Shown: positions 39,192 to 51,795 of the stretch, piece by piece | Layout: the number at the start of each line of letters is the position of its first letter | Position numbering within the stretch: position 1 is the stretch's first letter | Source of the DNA: Octopus sinensis | Taxonomy: Eukaryota | DNA length: 64,000 bases | Reading direction: 5' to 3' | NCBI RefSeq assembly: GCF_006345805.1 | Contig: NC_043006.1 | Span: forward strand, 69,750,001 to 69,814,000 | Translations under genes and position numbers: made by a program | Notes under the pieces: model-generated | Told to the model about the DNA's origin: nothing | Database searches by the model: none | The model's input: the letters and a program-made list of their open reading frames with translations, nothing else

Positions 39192-39420
39192 GAGAAAGAG
39201 CGAGTGGGGGAAGAGAAAGAGCGAGTGGGGGAAGAGAAAGAGCGAGTGGGGGAAGAGAAAGAGCGAGTGGGGGAAGAGAAAGAGCGAGTGGGGGAAGAGA
39301 AAGAGCGAGTGGGGGAAGAGAAAGAGCGAGTTGGGGAAGAGAAAGAGCGAGTTGGGGAAGAGAAAGAGCGAGTTGGGGAAGAGAAAGAGCGAGAGGGGAA
39401 GAGAAAGAGCGAGAGGGGAA
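39192..39420. repeat. 11-copy purine-rich minisatellite GAGAAAGAGCGAG(TG/TT/A)GGGGAA
   Basis: 6 + 3 units of 21 bp and 2 units of 20 bp, in ordered blocks. Confidence 0.95.
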
Positions 39421-40899
39421 GAGAAAGTGTGGGAGGGGAGAAGAGCAAGAGCAAGGGAGGAGAGAAAAAACGAGGAGATGGGGAGAAAATGAGCAGGGGA
39501 GCAGTGAAGGGGAAGAAAGATGATAATGATAAAAAAGAGACAGGTGTAGAACTAGTGACTGATTGTGTGTCAGGAAGAGATGGAGGCGGGCGGAGAAGAA
39601 TGTGCGAATATAAGGACAGTGAAAGGGAGGAGAAGGATATGAAGACGTAATATATTATTTGGCGGGAAGAATAAGATGGAATAAGTGTGAAAGTAGGAGT
39701 GTGATAGTATGAGAGAATGAACAAGCTGTGAGTAAAGCATGGAGAGAGGAGGGAAGGTAAAAAGAGAAGGAGAGACAGGAATACGAAGGGGCATAAATAT
39801 GGGGAGAGAGGGAGAGAGTAAAAGAGCGTTAGAAAGAGACTGAGATAAGAGAGGGGCAAGAGAATGGACTATAACAATGTGTGTGTAAGTGGAGTGGAGG
39901 ATAAAGAAAAATGGAAGGAATAAAGACACTGAGATTGTCTCGCAGTCAGGAAAACAGATAATGGAATAATGGAACCATCATCATTATAATCATCATCATC
40001 ATCGTTAGTTTTGTTGTCATTCCCGCAAGCTACCATCGTACATGACCATGTTCCCTCCAATTTCACCATAAACATGGCCGTTTTATTCAGCGAACATTCA
40101 TAAAACGAAATAACGGCAGATGGCATCATGCGTGCGTGTGTACGTACGTGAGTGTGTGCGTGCGTGTGTACGTGCGTATGTGTGCATCTATACTTACATA
40201 TGGGGAGAGAGAGAAACAGAGAGAGAGAAGTGGTGGGGGTGATCATAAAGTTAGAATTACATGAACAGATATTAGTTAATGACTAATCATTTAAATATTT
40301 TGGCAAGTAAGCGGTATAATTAGATATGTTTCGGTATTATTTAGTCCTCATTAGCAAGGCTTAGTGTTCACTGTGTTTACCCAAACAGTGATAACATAAT
40401 CGCCAAGCAAACGTACAATATTGTACACTGCTTGGTGTAGAAAAGGCGAATAATATTCAGAATAAATCGTGTAATGATACAGACTGAACATAAGAAATAA
40501 CTATGTAAGTGACGGCTTGTGTTCTCTCAAGAGTTATATCAGCAGGCTTATCATACAACTTTATCGTCTACAGAATACGTGCTGCAATAGCCAAAGGGAC
40601 GAACGACTATGTGCTTTAATAACTCCTCATTAACTCCAGTAATCTAATTGGGTCCACAAATCTCATTACGAAATAAGGGGGTTTCTATGAAGTCACTTGG
40701 TGCGCTTGAAATAGTAGTGAAATGTCTTTTAAATCTCATTCTATCATAAATAATAAAGAAGGATACTTTGGACTCCAGAGTTTCTGAATGATATAAAGTA
40801 AACATAGCCAAGGTTGGAACTCTCAATCATAGCTCTCCTTGACCAACGCTGGTCTCTAGACTACAACGTTGACAACTATTAATATTTTCATTAATACAA

Positions 40900-41160
40900 A
40901 AGCAGCGAGCTGGCAGACACTTTAGCATGCCGGGCGAAATGCTTAGCGGTATTTCGTCTGTCTTTACGTTCTGCGTTCAAATTCCGCCAAGGTCGACTTT
41001 GTCTTTCATAATTTCGGGGTCGATAAATTAAATACCAGTTGCGTACTGAGGTATCGAATTGGCTGGCCCCTTTCCACTGCGTGGCACCTTGGGCAAGTGT
41101 CTTCGGGTCGACCAAAGCCTTGTGAGTGGATTTGGTAGATGGAAACTGAAAGAAGCCCCG

Positions 41161-41245
<85 letters not shown>

Positions 41246-41555
41246 GATTTGTCCCCACCAGCATCACTCGACAACCGACGCTGGTGTGTTTACGTCCCTG
41301 TAACTTTGCGGTTCGGCAAAAGAGACCGATAGAATAAGTACTAGGCTTACAAAGATTAAGTCCTGGGGTCGATTTGTTCGACTAAAGATGCTGCTGCAGC
41401 ATGACCACAGTCAAATGACTGAAACAAGTAAAAAAGTAAAGTATTGTGTAACCCAGCGATAGCATCAATTAGGCCGACCGCAGTACGCAACTGGTACTTA
41501 ATTTATCGACCCCGAAAGGGTGAAACGCAAAGTCGACCTCGGCGGAATTTGAACA
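40900..41555. mobile_element. SINE cluster: family B (+, 40900-41055), family A (+, 41065-41436), family B fragment (-, 41440-41555)
   Basis: Consensus blocks of each family. Confidence 0.85.
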
Positions 41556-42004
41556 GTAGTCTGGGGACCATAGGAGAAATTAAAGCTTATTCTTTTATCA
41601 GTACAATGATGTATCCCCACAATTCATTGTGACAGGGGGCCACTGAAGAGATCTTTCTCTCCCCACTTTTTTTCTCTTCGGTTTTATTTCTCATGCAGTA
41701 GTATGTCTACAAATTAATCGATCTATTAAATAACAAAACGCGCCAATTTTACAGTGGTGCTGCTGTTTGTTGTGTTCAAGATGTTTCCGCTATGCTATGT
41801 AGAATATAAATTATTACGTTGATACAAGGTCACACATTTCTAGGCAATATTTTGTCGATCAACTCGAAACCATTGTGTGAGTGGTAGTTCTAAAATCGAT
41901 TATGGCCGTGACATGGAAAGAGAATCTTAACAGAATTGGAAATTAGTAAAGGTGGGTTGAAAAATTATCGATCTACCAATATAGAATTAGAGTAACATTG
42001 GTCT

Positions 42005-42318
42005 CGAATTTTGGCACTGGGCCAGCAATTTCGGTGAAAGGGTTAAGTCGATTAAATCGACTCCAGCGTGCTAACGATTCTGCCAGCTCACCGCTTCAGA
42101 ATAACTTTCTCTACACTAGGCATAAGGCCTGAAATTTTGAGGGAGGGGGCCGGTCGAGTAGATCGATCCCAGAACGAAACTGGTACTTAATTTATCGACT
42201 CCGAAAGGATGAAAGGCAAAGTCGACCTCGGCAGAATTTGAACTCAGAACGTAAATCAGACAAAATGCCGCTAAGCATTTCGCCCGGCGTGCTAACGTTT
42301 CTACCAGCTCGCTGCCTT
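42005..42318 (-). mobile_element. Two SINE family B copies (first internally deleted)
   Basis: Reverse-complement heads at ~42095 and ~42318. Confidence 0.85.
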
Positions 42319-42454
42319 AGAATAACAGTAATATTAAATTGTGTTTTACGCCAAACATCACATTAAGGCCATATGCAGACATCGAGGGAATATTCGCATA
42401 GGTTTTATGTTACATCGCAATATTTAGTTTGGTGTTATGTTAGAGGCCCTTTGT

Positions 42455-42947
42455 TCTTTTTGCTTGTTTCAGTCATTGGACTGAAGCCATGCAGGAGCAC
42501 CATCTTGAGTCGAACAAATCTATCCCAGGACTTATTTCTTTAACGATAAACGTCGCCCTTTTCAAGCCTATCCAGACTCATGGGCCCGGTTTCTGTGGTG
42601 TATGTGTTCCCACCAGCTGGACGGGACGCCAGTCCATCGCAGTGTTACTCATTTTTTGCCAGCTGAGTGGACTGGAGCAACGTGAAATGAAGTGTTCTGC
42701 TCAAGAACACAACGCGTTGCCCGGTCCAGGAATGGAAACCACAATCTGACGATCCTGATGCTGACACCCCAACCACTAAGCCACGCGCCTCCACTTATTT
42801 CTTTAAGCCTAGTACTTATTCCATCAGTCTCTATTGCCGAACTGCTAAGTTACGAGGATGTAAACATACCATGTCCGGTTGTCAAGCGGTCGTGAGAGAC
42901 AAAGACACACACACATTTATTTATATATATATATATATATAATATAT

Positions 42948-43011
<64 letters not shown>

Positions 43012-43185
43012 CACACACACACATATACATTGGGGGTTCTTTCAATTTCTGCGACCAAATCCACTCACAAGGTTTTGGCCAGCCCGAAGCTCTAGTAGAA
43101 GGCGCTTGTCCAAGGTGGCACGCAGTGGATTTGAATCCGGAACCATGTGGTTGGAAAGCAAGCTTCTTACCACACAGCCACGCCT
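42455..43185 (-). mobile_element. SINE family A interrupted by a family C SINE (42544-42792)
   Basis: 14-bp target-site duplication ACTTATTTCTTTAA at 42530-42543 and 42793-42806. Confidence 0.9.
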
Positions 43186-43980
43186 ACCGTAGTAATATTT
43201 CAATGGTCTCACGTTAGACATCAGCAGTATAATTTAGATATAGATAGGCTTTTAGGTTAGACTTCGCAGCTATATTTAGTTCGGTCGTACGTTAGACATC
43301 ACTATAATATCATTTTCTAACACTAACACAAGACCTAAATATTTGGTGTGAGAAAAGTCTACTAAGCCAACAACCCCGAAAGGATGAACGATAAAGTTGA
43401 TTCCAGTGGCATTTGAAATCAAGGCGCGAAGAGCCTTGATAAATACCACCAAGCCCTTTTGTTTGCTGTTCAACTAAATCCGGTATTCCACAGGCAATTT
43501 ATAAGAATAATTAACAATACCATGGTTATTTTCAATACTATCAGATGTCTGGATGTTTATAGATAACCATGAAATAACTATTTTTTAAATTGTATTTTAT
43601 CGAAACGTTTTATTCTTTTTTGTGTAACTATCCACTCAGGCAGTATTGAATGTGCTGTGTTAAGAAAAAATATCTTTGAACGATATATCCTTAGTTATAC
43701 ACTTGTCACTTCATCTACCTTGAGAGTTGTTATATAGGTTTCACTTCACATCAAGAAGTAAACAATCTGGACGAGGGAACGAAATCAGACATAATTTTTC
43801 TGTAATATTGGTCTGCTCCTGTACGATTATGTTGGTAAAGCTTTAACGAATTTTAATTCTTATTTCTAAATCAGCGTAAAGTTCATGTAGGTTGGTTTTA
43901 AACCATACCACAGTCCAGCTGAATATAATATTACAGCTGACTCTCTGAGCTGCGGATTCTAAACTAATATTAAAATTGTA

Positions 43981-44551
43981 ATATAGGCACAAAGCCTATA
44001 ATTTAGCGGAGGGAGCCAGTCGTTTACATCGGCCCCCAGCATTCAGTTGGTACTCATTTGATTGACCTCGAAAGGGTGAACGGCTAAGTCGACCTCTGCG
44101 GAATTTGAACTCGAAACGTAAAGACTAACGAAATACATATTTCTTTACTACTCAACAAGAGGCTAAACACAGAAAGGACAAACAAGGACAGACAAACGGA
44201 TTAAGTTGTTTATATCGACCCCAGTGCGTAACTGGTACTTATTTAATCGACTCCGAAAGGATGAAATGCAAATTCGAGATCGGCGGAAGTTGAACTCAGA
44301 ACGTAACGGCAGACGAAATACCTATTTCTTTATTACCCACAAGGGGCTAAACATAGAGAGGACTAACAAGGACAGACAAACGGATTAAGTCAATTATATC
44401 GACCCCAGTGCGTAACTGGTACTTATTTAATCGACCCCGAAAGGATGAAAGGCAAAGTCGACCTCGGCGGAATTTGAACTCAACGTAACGACAGACGAAA
44501 TACCGCTAAGCATTTCATCTAGCGTGCTAACGAGTCTGCCAGCTCGCCGCC

Positions 44552-44553
<2 letters not shown>
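43981..44553 (-). mobile_element. SINE family B head-to-tail trimer
   Basis: One head at 44553, three bodies; junctions GAAATA-CC-TATTTC (44315-44328) and GAAATA-CA-TATTTC (44130-44143). Confidence 0.9.
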
Positions 44554-44609
<56 letters not shown>

Positions 44610-45289
44610 TGGTTTCAAATTTTTGGCATAGGACCAGCAACTTTGGGATGGAGTGGAGAGGAGCTAATCGAATACAACGATCTCAGTGATCAACTGGTAC
44701 TTATTTTATCGATGCCAAGTGAATGGAAGGCTAAGTCGAGCTCGGTGGCATTTGAATACAGTACGTGAGGACGGACGAAATGTTCTTAAGCATTTTACCT
44801 TCTACAAGTGTCTTCCACTAAAGACTCGAGTTGATTAAGACCTCGAGTAAAATTTGATAGAAGTATGGAAGCCCATGTACACTCATACATATAAATGTGT
44901 CAGGCAGAGAGAAAGAGAGAGTATGTGTGAGAGAGAGAGAGAGAGACAGAAAGAAAGAGAGAGAGAGCGTTTACATTTGTAAGGTTTGGGATCAGAGATA
45001 ACCAGAAGCTAAACAACAACAACAACAACAGTAGCAACTCAGGATATTTTTAAAATGTCAACAGAAACAACGACAAGAACAAAATAAAGATTCCTTCCTT
45101 AAAATCCTCCTCGTCACCCGCAATATCTTCCCCATTAACAGCATCACCATCATCGACATCAACATCAACATACTCCTCGTTTTTACTTCTAGCTATCATC
45201 AGTATCTAAACCAGTGATATCATCATCATCATCAGCGCTATCATCATCATCGGTGCCTTACCTTTGTTAGGGTCGTCGACGTCATAATT

Positions 45290-45510
45290 ATTGTCATCAC
45301 CATCATTACTGATTATTATCATTATCAGTCATCAACATCAGTCATCACTATCATCATCACTGTCATCATCACTGTCATCATCACTGTCATCATCACTATC
45401 ATCATCTATCATCATCTCTATCATCATCACTATCATCATCTCTATCATCATCACTATCATCATCTCTATCATCATCTCAATCATCATCTCAATCATCATC
45501 TCTATAATCC
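45290..45510. repeat. (ATC)n-derived degenerate trinucleotide array
   Basis: Direct inspection. Confidence 0.9.
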
Positions 45511-45723
45511 TCGTTATCATTGGGATCATAGTGGTCATAACAGACAAAAGCCTTCCAAAACTAAAATGTCCGACAAACAAAATGCGCAGCAAAATCAACA
45601 GCATTAAGCCCCCACCATTACCATCACCATCATCTGTCATAACAATTAGAACAATAATGGGAAAGAAAAACAACAACAACAACAACCACTCCTAACGTAG
45701 CGTTAACATAAACAAATACTTAC

Positions 45724-45900
45724 CTAAAATGGTCGCCGAAACGAAATGAAAAGAAAATCGCCAGCAGAAAGTTGTATAATTTTAAAAGAGCGTTTCGTTT
45801 GAAAATAGTCACTTAAAGCTGTTGGTTTGAAGTATTTAGCAAAACCGTGGTGAGGTTGTGAGTTGGTTACTTGGTAAGAAATAGTAGCTCAGTGCTTACA
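45724..45900 (-). other. Candidate distal non-coding exon (same strand as SLC1A)
   Basis: Perfect donor TTTTAG|GTAAGTA (intron would start at 45723) in unique, non-SINE sequence; upstream boundary and link to SLC1A not established. Confidence 0.3.
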
Positions 45901-47889
45901 CAAGAGGTAACCTCAGTTGTTTACAGGTATGCTATACAAATGTGTCTCTGTTGCAAGACCTCGAATAATAGATACAGTCGAACTGCACAGACCTAGAAGA
46001 GCCGTCCGACAACGATGCCTGCTCGATGACAAATGATGAAGGATATTGAGATTAACTTGGGAGGGAGAGAAAGCGGTTAGCGGAGGGTGGCGTGGTCTAC
46101 GTCAAGACTTTGAAAAAGCTTTCTATTGATGTTCGGATCAGGATAGCTGGAAGCACCATTTTTAAATGGTCGTTTTCTTTTTTTAGTTTTCTTTTATTTA
46201 TCTTTTATGAAAGTTGTTTCATGTTTATGTATGAGGGAGGTTGGCACAAATTTCATAATAGAGATAATGGCGGCGGTGGCGGTCGTGGTGATAATGGTGG
46301 TGGCGGTGTTGAAGGAAGTGGTTATAATGGAGTTGATGATGGTGATGATAGTAATCATTATGTTGTTGGCGGTGGTGGTGCACGTAAAGGAAGTCATGGG
46401 GATGGAGACGGTAGTGGCGATATGATTGTAGCTGTGGTGACAGTGATGGTGACGGTAGTGGTGATAGTAAAACGGTGATATTATACAATGATGGTGGTGG
46501 TGCACAGAGCACATAGTAGTTATATAACGGTGGTTGTGGAGGTTGTAGTAGGAGGATAATGGTCGAGGAGGGAGTGGTGGCGATGGCAGTGGTCAAAGAG
46601 AGCGAAGGAGGGAGAAGTGACAGAATAATGAGTTGGATAATGTATGCGTTAATGAATGTGTAGGAGAGAGAGAGAGAGATAAAGAGTGAGAGAGATACGT
46701 ATGCGACACTGTAGATTGTTAGAAAAGAAAGAGAGAGAGGGCAGAGAGCGAGGAAGAATAAGGGAGGGAGAGAGAGATTAGTTATGAGAGAATGGTGATG
46801 GAAGAGCGAGTAAGTGTGGGAGTGACAGAGGAAAGAGAATGAATAAGTGTGTGTGTGTGGTGTGAAAGCATAATGATAAAGGAAATGAACGAGGAGATGA
46901 GGAGAGGAGATAAGGAGAAGAGATGGGAAAATGAAAGAGAGAGAGTGGGTTATGAATATATAGATATATTTTTAAGTATGTGTATGTGGAAGTAAGCCTA
47001 CGCATGTATGTGTGTGTGTGGTGTGTGTGTGTGTAAGTGTATATATATGTAAGTTTGTGTGGGAGGGACAGACTAATAATTTTTCATTGTACACCTATGT
47101 TTATGTGAGTGGAAGATGAGAGGGGGAGGGAACTAGTCTTGACTAGATTTTCTTTCATTGCATCTATGTAGAACACACACACACAAACGTATGCAAATTT
47201 GTGTATGTATACGTGCACTCATATATACGTACATACACAATATTTAATCACGTTTAATATTCATTGCTTGATAGAAGAGAAAGAACTGTCTTAAGGAATG
47301 ACCAACGATCCTTGGTAGAATTATGTCTCAGTAGCGTTTCTTTCTCCGGTTTCGATTCCCTGCCACTTTACATTCACTTCTAAACAACAGCGGTGGTGCC
47401 CCAGCATGGCCGCGGCCTTCGGGCTAAAACATTTTTAAGGATTTTTTTTTTTTAAGGATTTAACATTTCCTTTCAAAACAATGAAAGAGGAAACAAATTT
47501 TGCCTTATTACAAAACGGGGGGGGGGGGATACTATAAACAATTATACGCCTTCGGTCTCTCTATGCAGGAAGTATCTTGTTTGTTAAAGATGCTAGAGAT
47601 AGCAACCAAACCGCCTTCATGTCCCACTTTACACGTACATTCTCGGTTGTTCGTTTGCTCTCTCTCTCTCCCTCCTTCTTCCTCCTCCACACACACATAC
47701 ATATTTATTAGCAGGTTTATCGCACAAGAAGAAGGGCAAGCTCTCTGTAAATGTTGTGTAATTTGTAACCATTTATGTAATCATTCACACATACACATTA
47801 TATATATATATATATATAAATATAGCGAGAGAGATCTTTCTCGAATCATATAGACTCAAAGGGCGCATATATTTATCTCCTGGGTGGGA

Positions 47890-48045
47890 AGCTGATTTGT
47901 TGTGGGATTACTTATCTGTGTCACCTGAGTGGACTGGAGCAAGTTTTTTTGCTCAAGAACACAACGCGTCGCCCGGTTCAGGAATCGAAACCACAATCTT
48001 ACGATTATGAGTTCAACACCAGAATGACTAAGCCATACGCCTCCA
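47890..48045 (-). mobile_element. SINE family C head half
   Basis: Reverse complement of GGAGGCGTATGGCTTAGTC..GGTTTCGATTCC..CTTGAGCAA. Confidence 0.8.
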
Positions 48046-48050
48046 CCCAG

Positions 48051-48097
<47 letters not shown>

Positions 48098-48193
48098 TAC
48101 ATACATACACACATGTATATATATATGTATGCATACAGCGAACCGGTACAGCTGCAGCCTCAAAGCTGAAGCATAAAAAATAAAAGAATATCG

Positions 48194-48400
48194 ATGCTAT
48201 TGTGCAAAAGTGTCGTAAGTCCAAAACTTTGCTTTTTCAGAAGAACAAAAATAGTTTCACCATTCCACAGTAAAACCGTTGCACTATTCTTTGACAATTT
48301 TTGATATCTCGGCATCTGAAGATATGATAGCCCGATCAAAAGAACTGGCTATTGCTAGCAAACGAAAAAAAAAAAAAAAAACGCATTTGACCAAATATAT
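48194..48400 (+). repeat. Unclassified dispersed repeat; second copy inverted at 59845-60055
   Basis: Shared GATGCTATT..AAGTGTCGTA, TTTCACCATTCC, GGCATCTGAA, GAACTGGCTA, AACGCATTTG.CCAAA. Confidence 0.75.
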
Positions 48401-48501
48401 ACATATATAAAATTAGATAATAAGGGTAGAAATTGATATTAATCAATTAAAACCAGTGGATTAGCATATTGAAAATACCCGAAGATTAAAAATTGTATTT
48501 C

Positions 48502-48911
48502 ATACAAAATTAAGAGGAATGACCACTGAAGTGGATACCTAAAATGCTAAACATAGACGTCAAATCGCCATTACCACGAAGAATGTGTTCTCAAGAAAAA
48601 TCTCAGCAAAACGCCAAAACATAAAAATGAGCAAGACAAATGAAAATATGCGAAATAAAAAACGACTATATGTACCATTGGTTTCACTTGTTAATATCTA
48701 CGTATGCAAACATGCAGATATCTGCAAGATCGTCAGTGTAGTCTGTTGCTTACAAAACACAATTTCCAGAACTAGATACAGAACGCTCAACGTTTTCGGC
48801 GTTTTGCTGAGATTTTTCTTGAGAACACATTCTTTGTGGTAATGGCGATTTGACGTCTACGTTTAGCATATTAGGTGTCCACTTTAGTGGTCATTCCTCT
48901 TAATTTTGTAT
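48502..48911. mobile_element. 410-bp MITE with ~115-bp TIRs
   Basis: ATACAAAATTAAGAGGAATGACCACT..CTCAGCAAAACGCC inverted at both ends with only a few mismatches. Confidence 0.9.
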
Positions 48912-49125
48912 TCTCTTTCCTCTTTTTTACTTGTTTCAGTCATTTGACTGCGGCCATGCTGGAGCCCCCGCCTTTAGTCGATCAAATCGACCCCAGGTCT
49001 TATTCTTTGTAAGCCTAGTACTTATTTTATCGGTCTCTTTTTGCCAAACCACTAAGTTACGGGGACGTAAACACACCAGCATCGGTTGTTAAGCGATGTT
49101 GGGGGAACAAACACAGACACAAACA

Positions 49126-49201
<76 letters not shown>

Positions 49202-49367
49202 TACGACGGGCTTCTTTTCAGTTTCCGTCTACCAAATCCACTCACAAGGCTTTGGTCAGCCCGAGGCTATAGTAGAAGACAGTTACCCAAGGTGCGACGC
49301 AGTGGGACTGAACCCGGAACCATGTGGTTCGTAAGCAAGCTACTTACCACACTGCCACTCCTGCGCC
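48912..49367 (-). mobile_element. SINE family A, close to consensus
   Basis: Complete reverse-complement copy. Confidence 0.95.
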
Positions 49368-49853
49368 TATATGTATGTAAATAAATAAATATATATCCTC
49401 TTACTCACAGGAACTGGATAACTCCTACCCCATTTCCTGTTTTGACATTCATTTAACAAACACCATAAACTAAGCACCACGTTTAATCACATGGATCTTA
49501 ATCCTCCAAAGAAATTTTTCCAAGGACTATTATTGAACTCAATAAACAAAGAATCTACAAAGTATCGTTATACTTATCTTTTAATTTATGTATATGTTTA
49601 TTATTATTTTTTTTTGAAAAAACATTGTAAATTTCTTTTTTCCCCTTCCTCAATTTAAAAAAAAAATTCTTTTCACCTTTCAAATCTTGAAAATTTGCTT
49701 TGCGATGAAAACCGGTTAGAGTTATTATTTTTGTAATTTTCCTTACACCCAAATTTATTAAAATTTACCTTCAATTTAGCATTCTGCCTTTTTATAATTT
49801 TTCCTCTCCTATCATTTCTCCACGTGCGGTCAATACAACCCCACCATTTATTG

Positions 49854-49903
<50 letters not shown>

Positions 49904-50844
49904 GGTGACAGTGCTAAGTAGTGATGTGCATAAATACAAACTTGCTACCGGCTCAAATATGTTTGAGGCATAATCAAACCCGTAAGAAAGCCATTCATCG
50001 TGTTTTGTCATTGAGAACATTTTTCGCTGTAGACAAATAAGTGTAAATACATTAAGTTCACAGCGCTAAGCAGTGCTGTGTATAACAAGAAATTTGTTAC
50101 CAGTTCAAAGAAATATATTCCTTTCTTTTACTCATTCTTTTACTCATTTCAGTCATTTGACTGCGGCCATGCTGGAGGCACCGCCTTTAGTCAAACAAAT
50201 CGACCCCAGAACTTATTCTTTGTAAGCCTAGTACTTATTCTATTAGCATCTTTTCTCGAACCGCTAATTTACAGGGACGTAAACACACCAACATCTTTTG
50301 TCCTGGTTCAGTATCACTGCGTGGCAATTTGGTCAAGTGTCTTATTGGTAGTTTGGTAGGCGGAATCTGAAAGAAATTCGTCGTGTGTGTATATCTATAT
50401 ATATAAAACTCAACTTGTGTGTCTGTGTGTGTGTCTGTGTTTAAATTCCTGGCACATCTCCTAGCCAACAAATCATAGAACCATCAAAAATGGGTCACTT
50501 AAAGTTTAGGCGAATGAAAATTGAACTGCGCTATTTCTGTTCCGAAATTCATCACGCAACTGGGTTTTTTTCGTATTAATCGTTTGGACTTTGTGAACAC
50601 ATACCAATCGTTTTCATAACATTTTTAACGCTTTGAATTAAATGTCACCATTTTGCGTTGAGTCTGCAGTTTGAATCACTTTAGCCAAATTTTAGCAGGC
50701 CGGATTTTTGATCATCACGATACATCGCCAGTGACTTCCTGAAATCCCCGTTGAGAAATCTATATATATATATAACTCAACTTGTGTGTCTGTGTGTTTA
50801 ACTTTTGGATCTACCAAGTTTCATTATTAAGGATGTGTAGCAAA

Positions 50845-51232
50845 TCTATATATATAAAGCTGAAGTTGTCTGTGTGTGGCAGGTTTGGTAGCCTTCAACT
50901 AACACTATCTCCTTCGAGACCCTGCAGCGCAAGTTGACCAAAATTGAGAGTATGATAGAAGAAGGCTTGCTCTTCATTCTGCAGAAGATAAAATTCAAAT
51001 CGGACCATGTTAACACCAAAAATTATTTACATCAAAAAGGTGCTTTTTTTTCTATGAAAATCCCTATTTTTTACGATTTTTGACTGCTGTGTCACCATTT
51101 TTCGATGTATTTCAACTAGATAAATGTCCACTTGAAGAGAATAAGTTGCATAATGCAAAACTTTTACTTTTCAGAAATTCCAATTCTAAAGGATCGAAAC
51201 AAATCCAAGCAACACCGGGTGATACTGGTAGT
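50845..51232 (+). mobile_element. Non-autonomous Helitron-like element; further 5' ends at 50394 and 50759
   Basis: TCTATATATATAAA start; 3' GCAACACCGGGTGATACTGGTAGT resembles the end at 21511-21534. Confidence 0.65.
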
Positions 51233-51487
51233 ATATATAATTTTAAAATAGGATAACATTTTCATAAGAATTTATCAAGTAGTCAGCCTGGAAAACCTAA
51301 GAGAAAATAAATCCATGAATTTTTTCACTTAAATATATTCATTTATATTATATAGAGGGCATTATTACACATAAATGCCCTCTATATAAAATAGATAAAT
51401 ATATTTAAGTGAAAAAAATAGGATTTTTTTCTTAGGTTTTTCATGGTGACTACTTGATAAATTCTTATGAAGATTTTATCTTATTTA

Positions 51488-51500
<13 letters not shown>
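51232..51500. mobile_element. AT-rich foldback element, ~125-bp arms
   Basis: ..CATAAGAATTTATCAAGTAGTCA..AGAGGGCATT [~10-nt loop] AATGCCCTCT..TGACTACTTGATAAATTCTTATG.. Confidence 0.9.
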
Positions 51501-51526
<26 letters not shown>

Positions 51527-51754
51527 CACACAACGGATTTCTTTCAGATTCCGCCTACCAAACTACCAAGAAGACACTTGACCAAATTGCCACGCAGTGA
51601 TACTGAACCAGGAACCATGTGGCCGCCAGTCCAGTCTTGTGTGCTAACACAGTGCATCCAATGGAGTATACTTGCTTCACTTTTTTTCCAGTCTTTGAAT
51701 ACCCACGTTTCATAGACATGCAGCTTTATATTTCGTACAGAAGGATCACACGCG

Positions 51755-51795
<41 letters not shown>

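Larger units (their letters stand above)
50130..51625 (-). mobile_element. Disrupted family A SINE (tail 50130-50300, head 51520-51625) hosting nested insertions
   Basis: Two halves in the same orientation; inverted copy of the head at 50301-50394; Helitron-like and foldback inserts in between. Confidence 0.75.

Noticed and set aside
38972-39859. 295-aa (-) and 165-aa (+) ORFs with SPTRSFS / EEKERVG repeats
   Set aside because: Held open only by the 21-bp minisatellite and a purine-rich tract.
40321-40360. Hammerhead-like CTAATGA..GAAACATATC (minus); also GAAACATGTC at ~11135
   Set aside because: Core substituted, stems I/II pair poorly; not distinguishable from chance.
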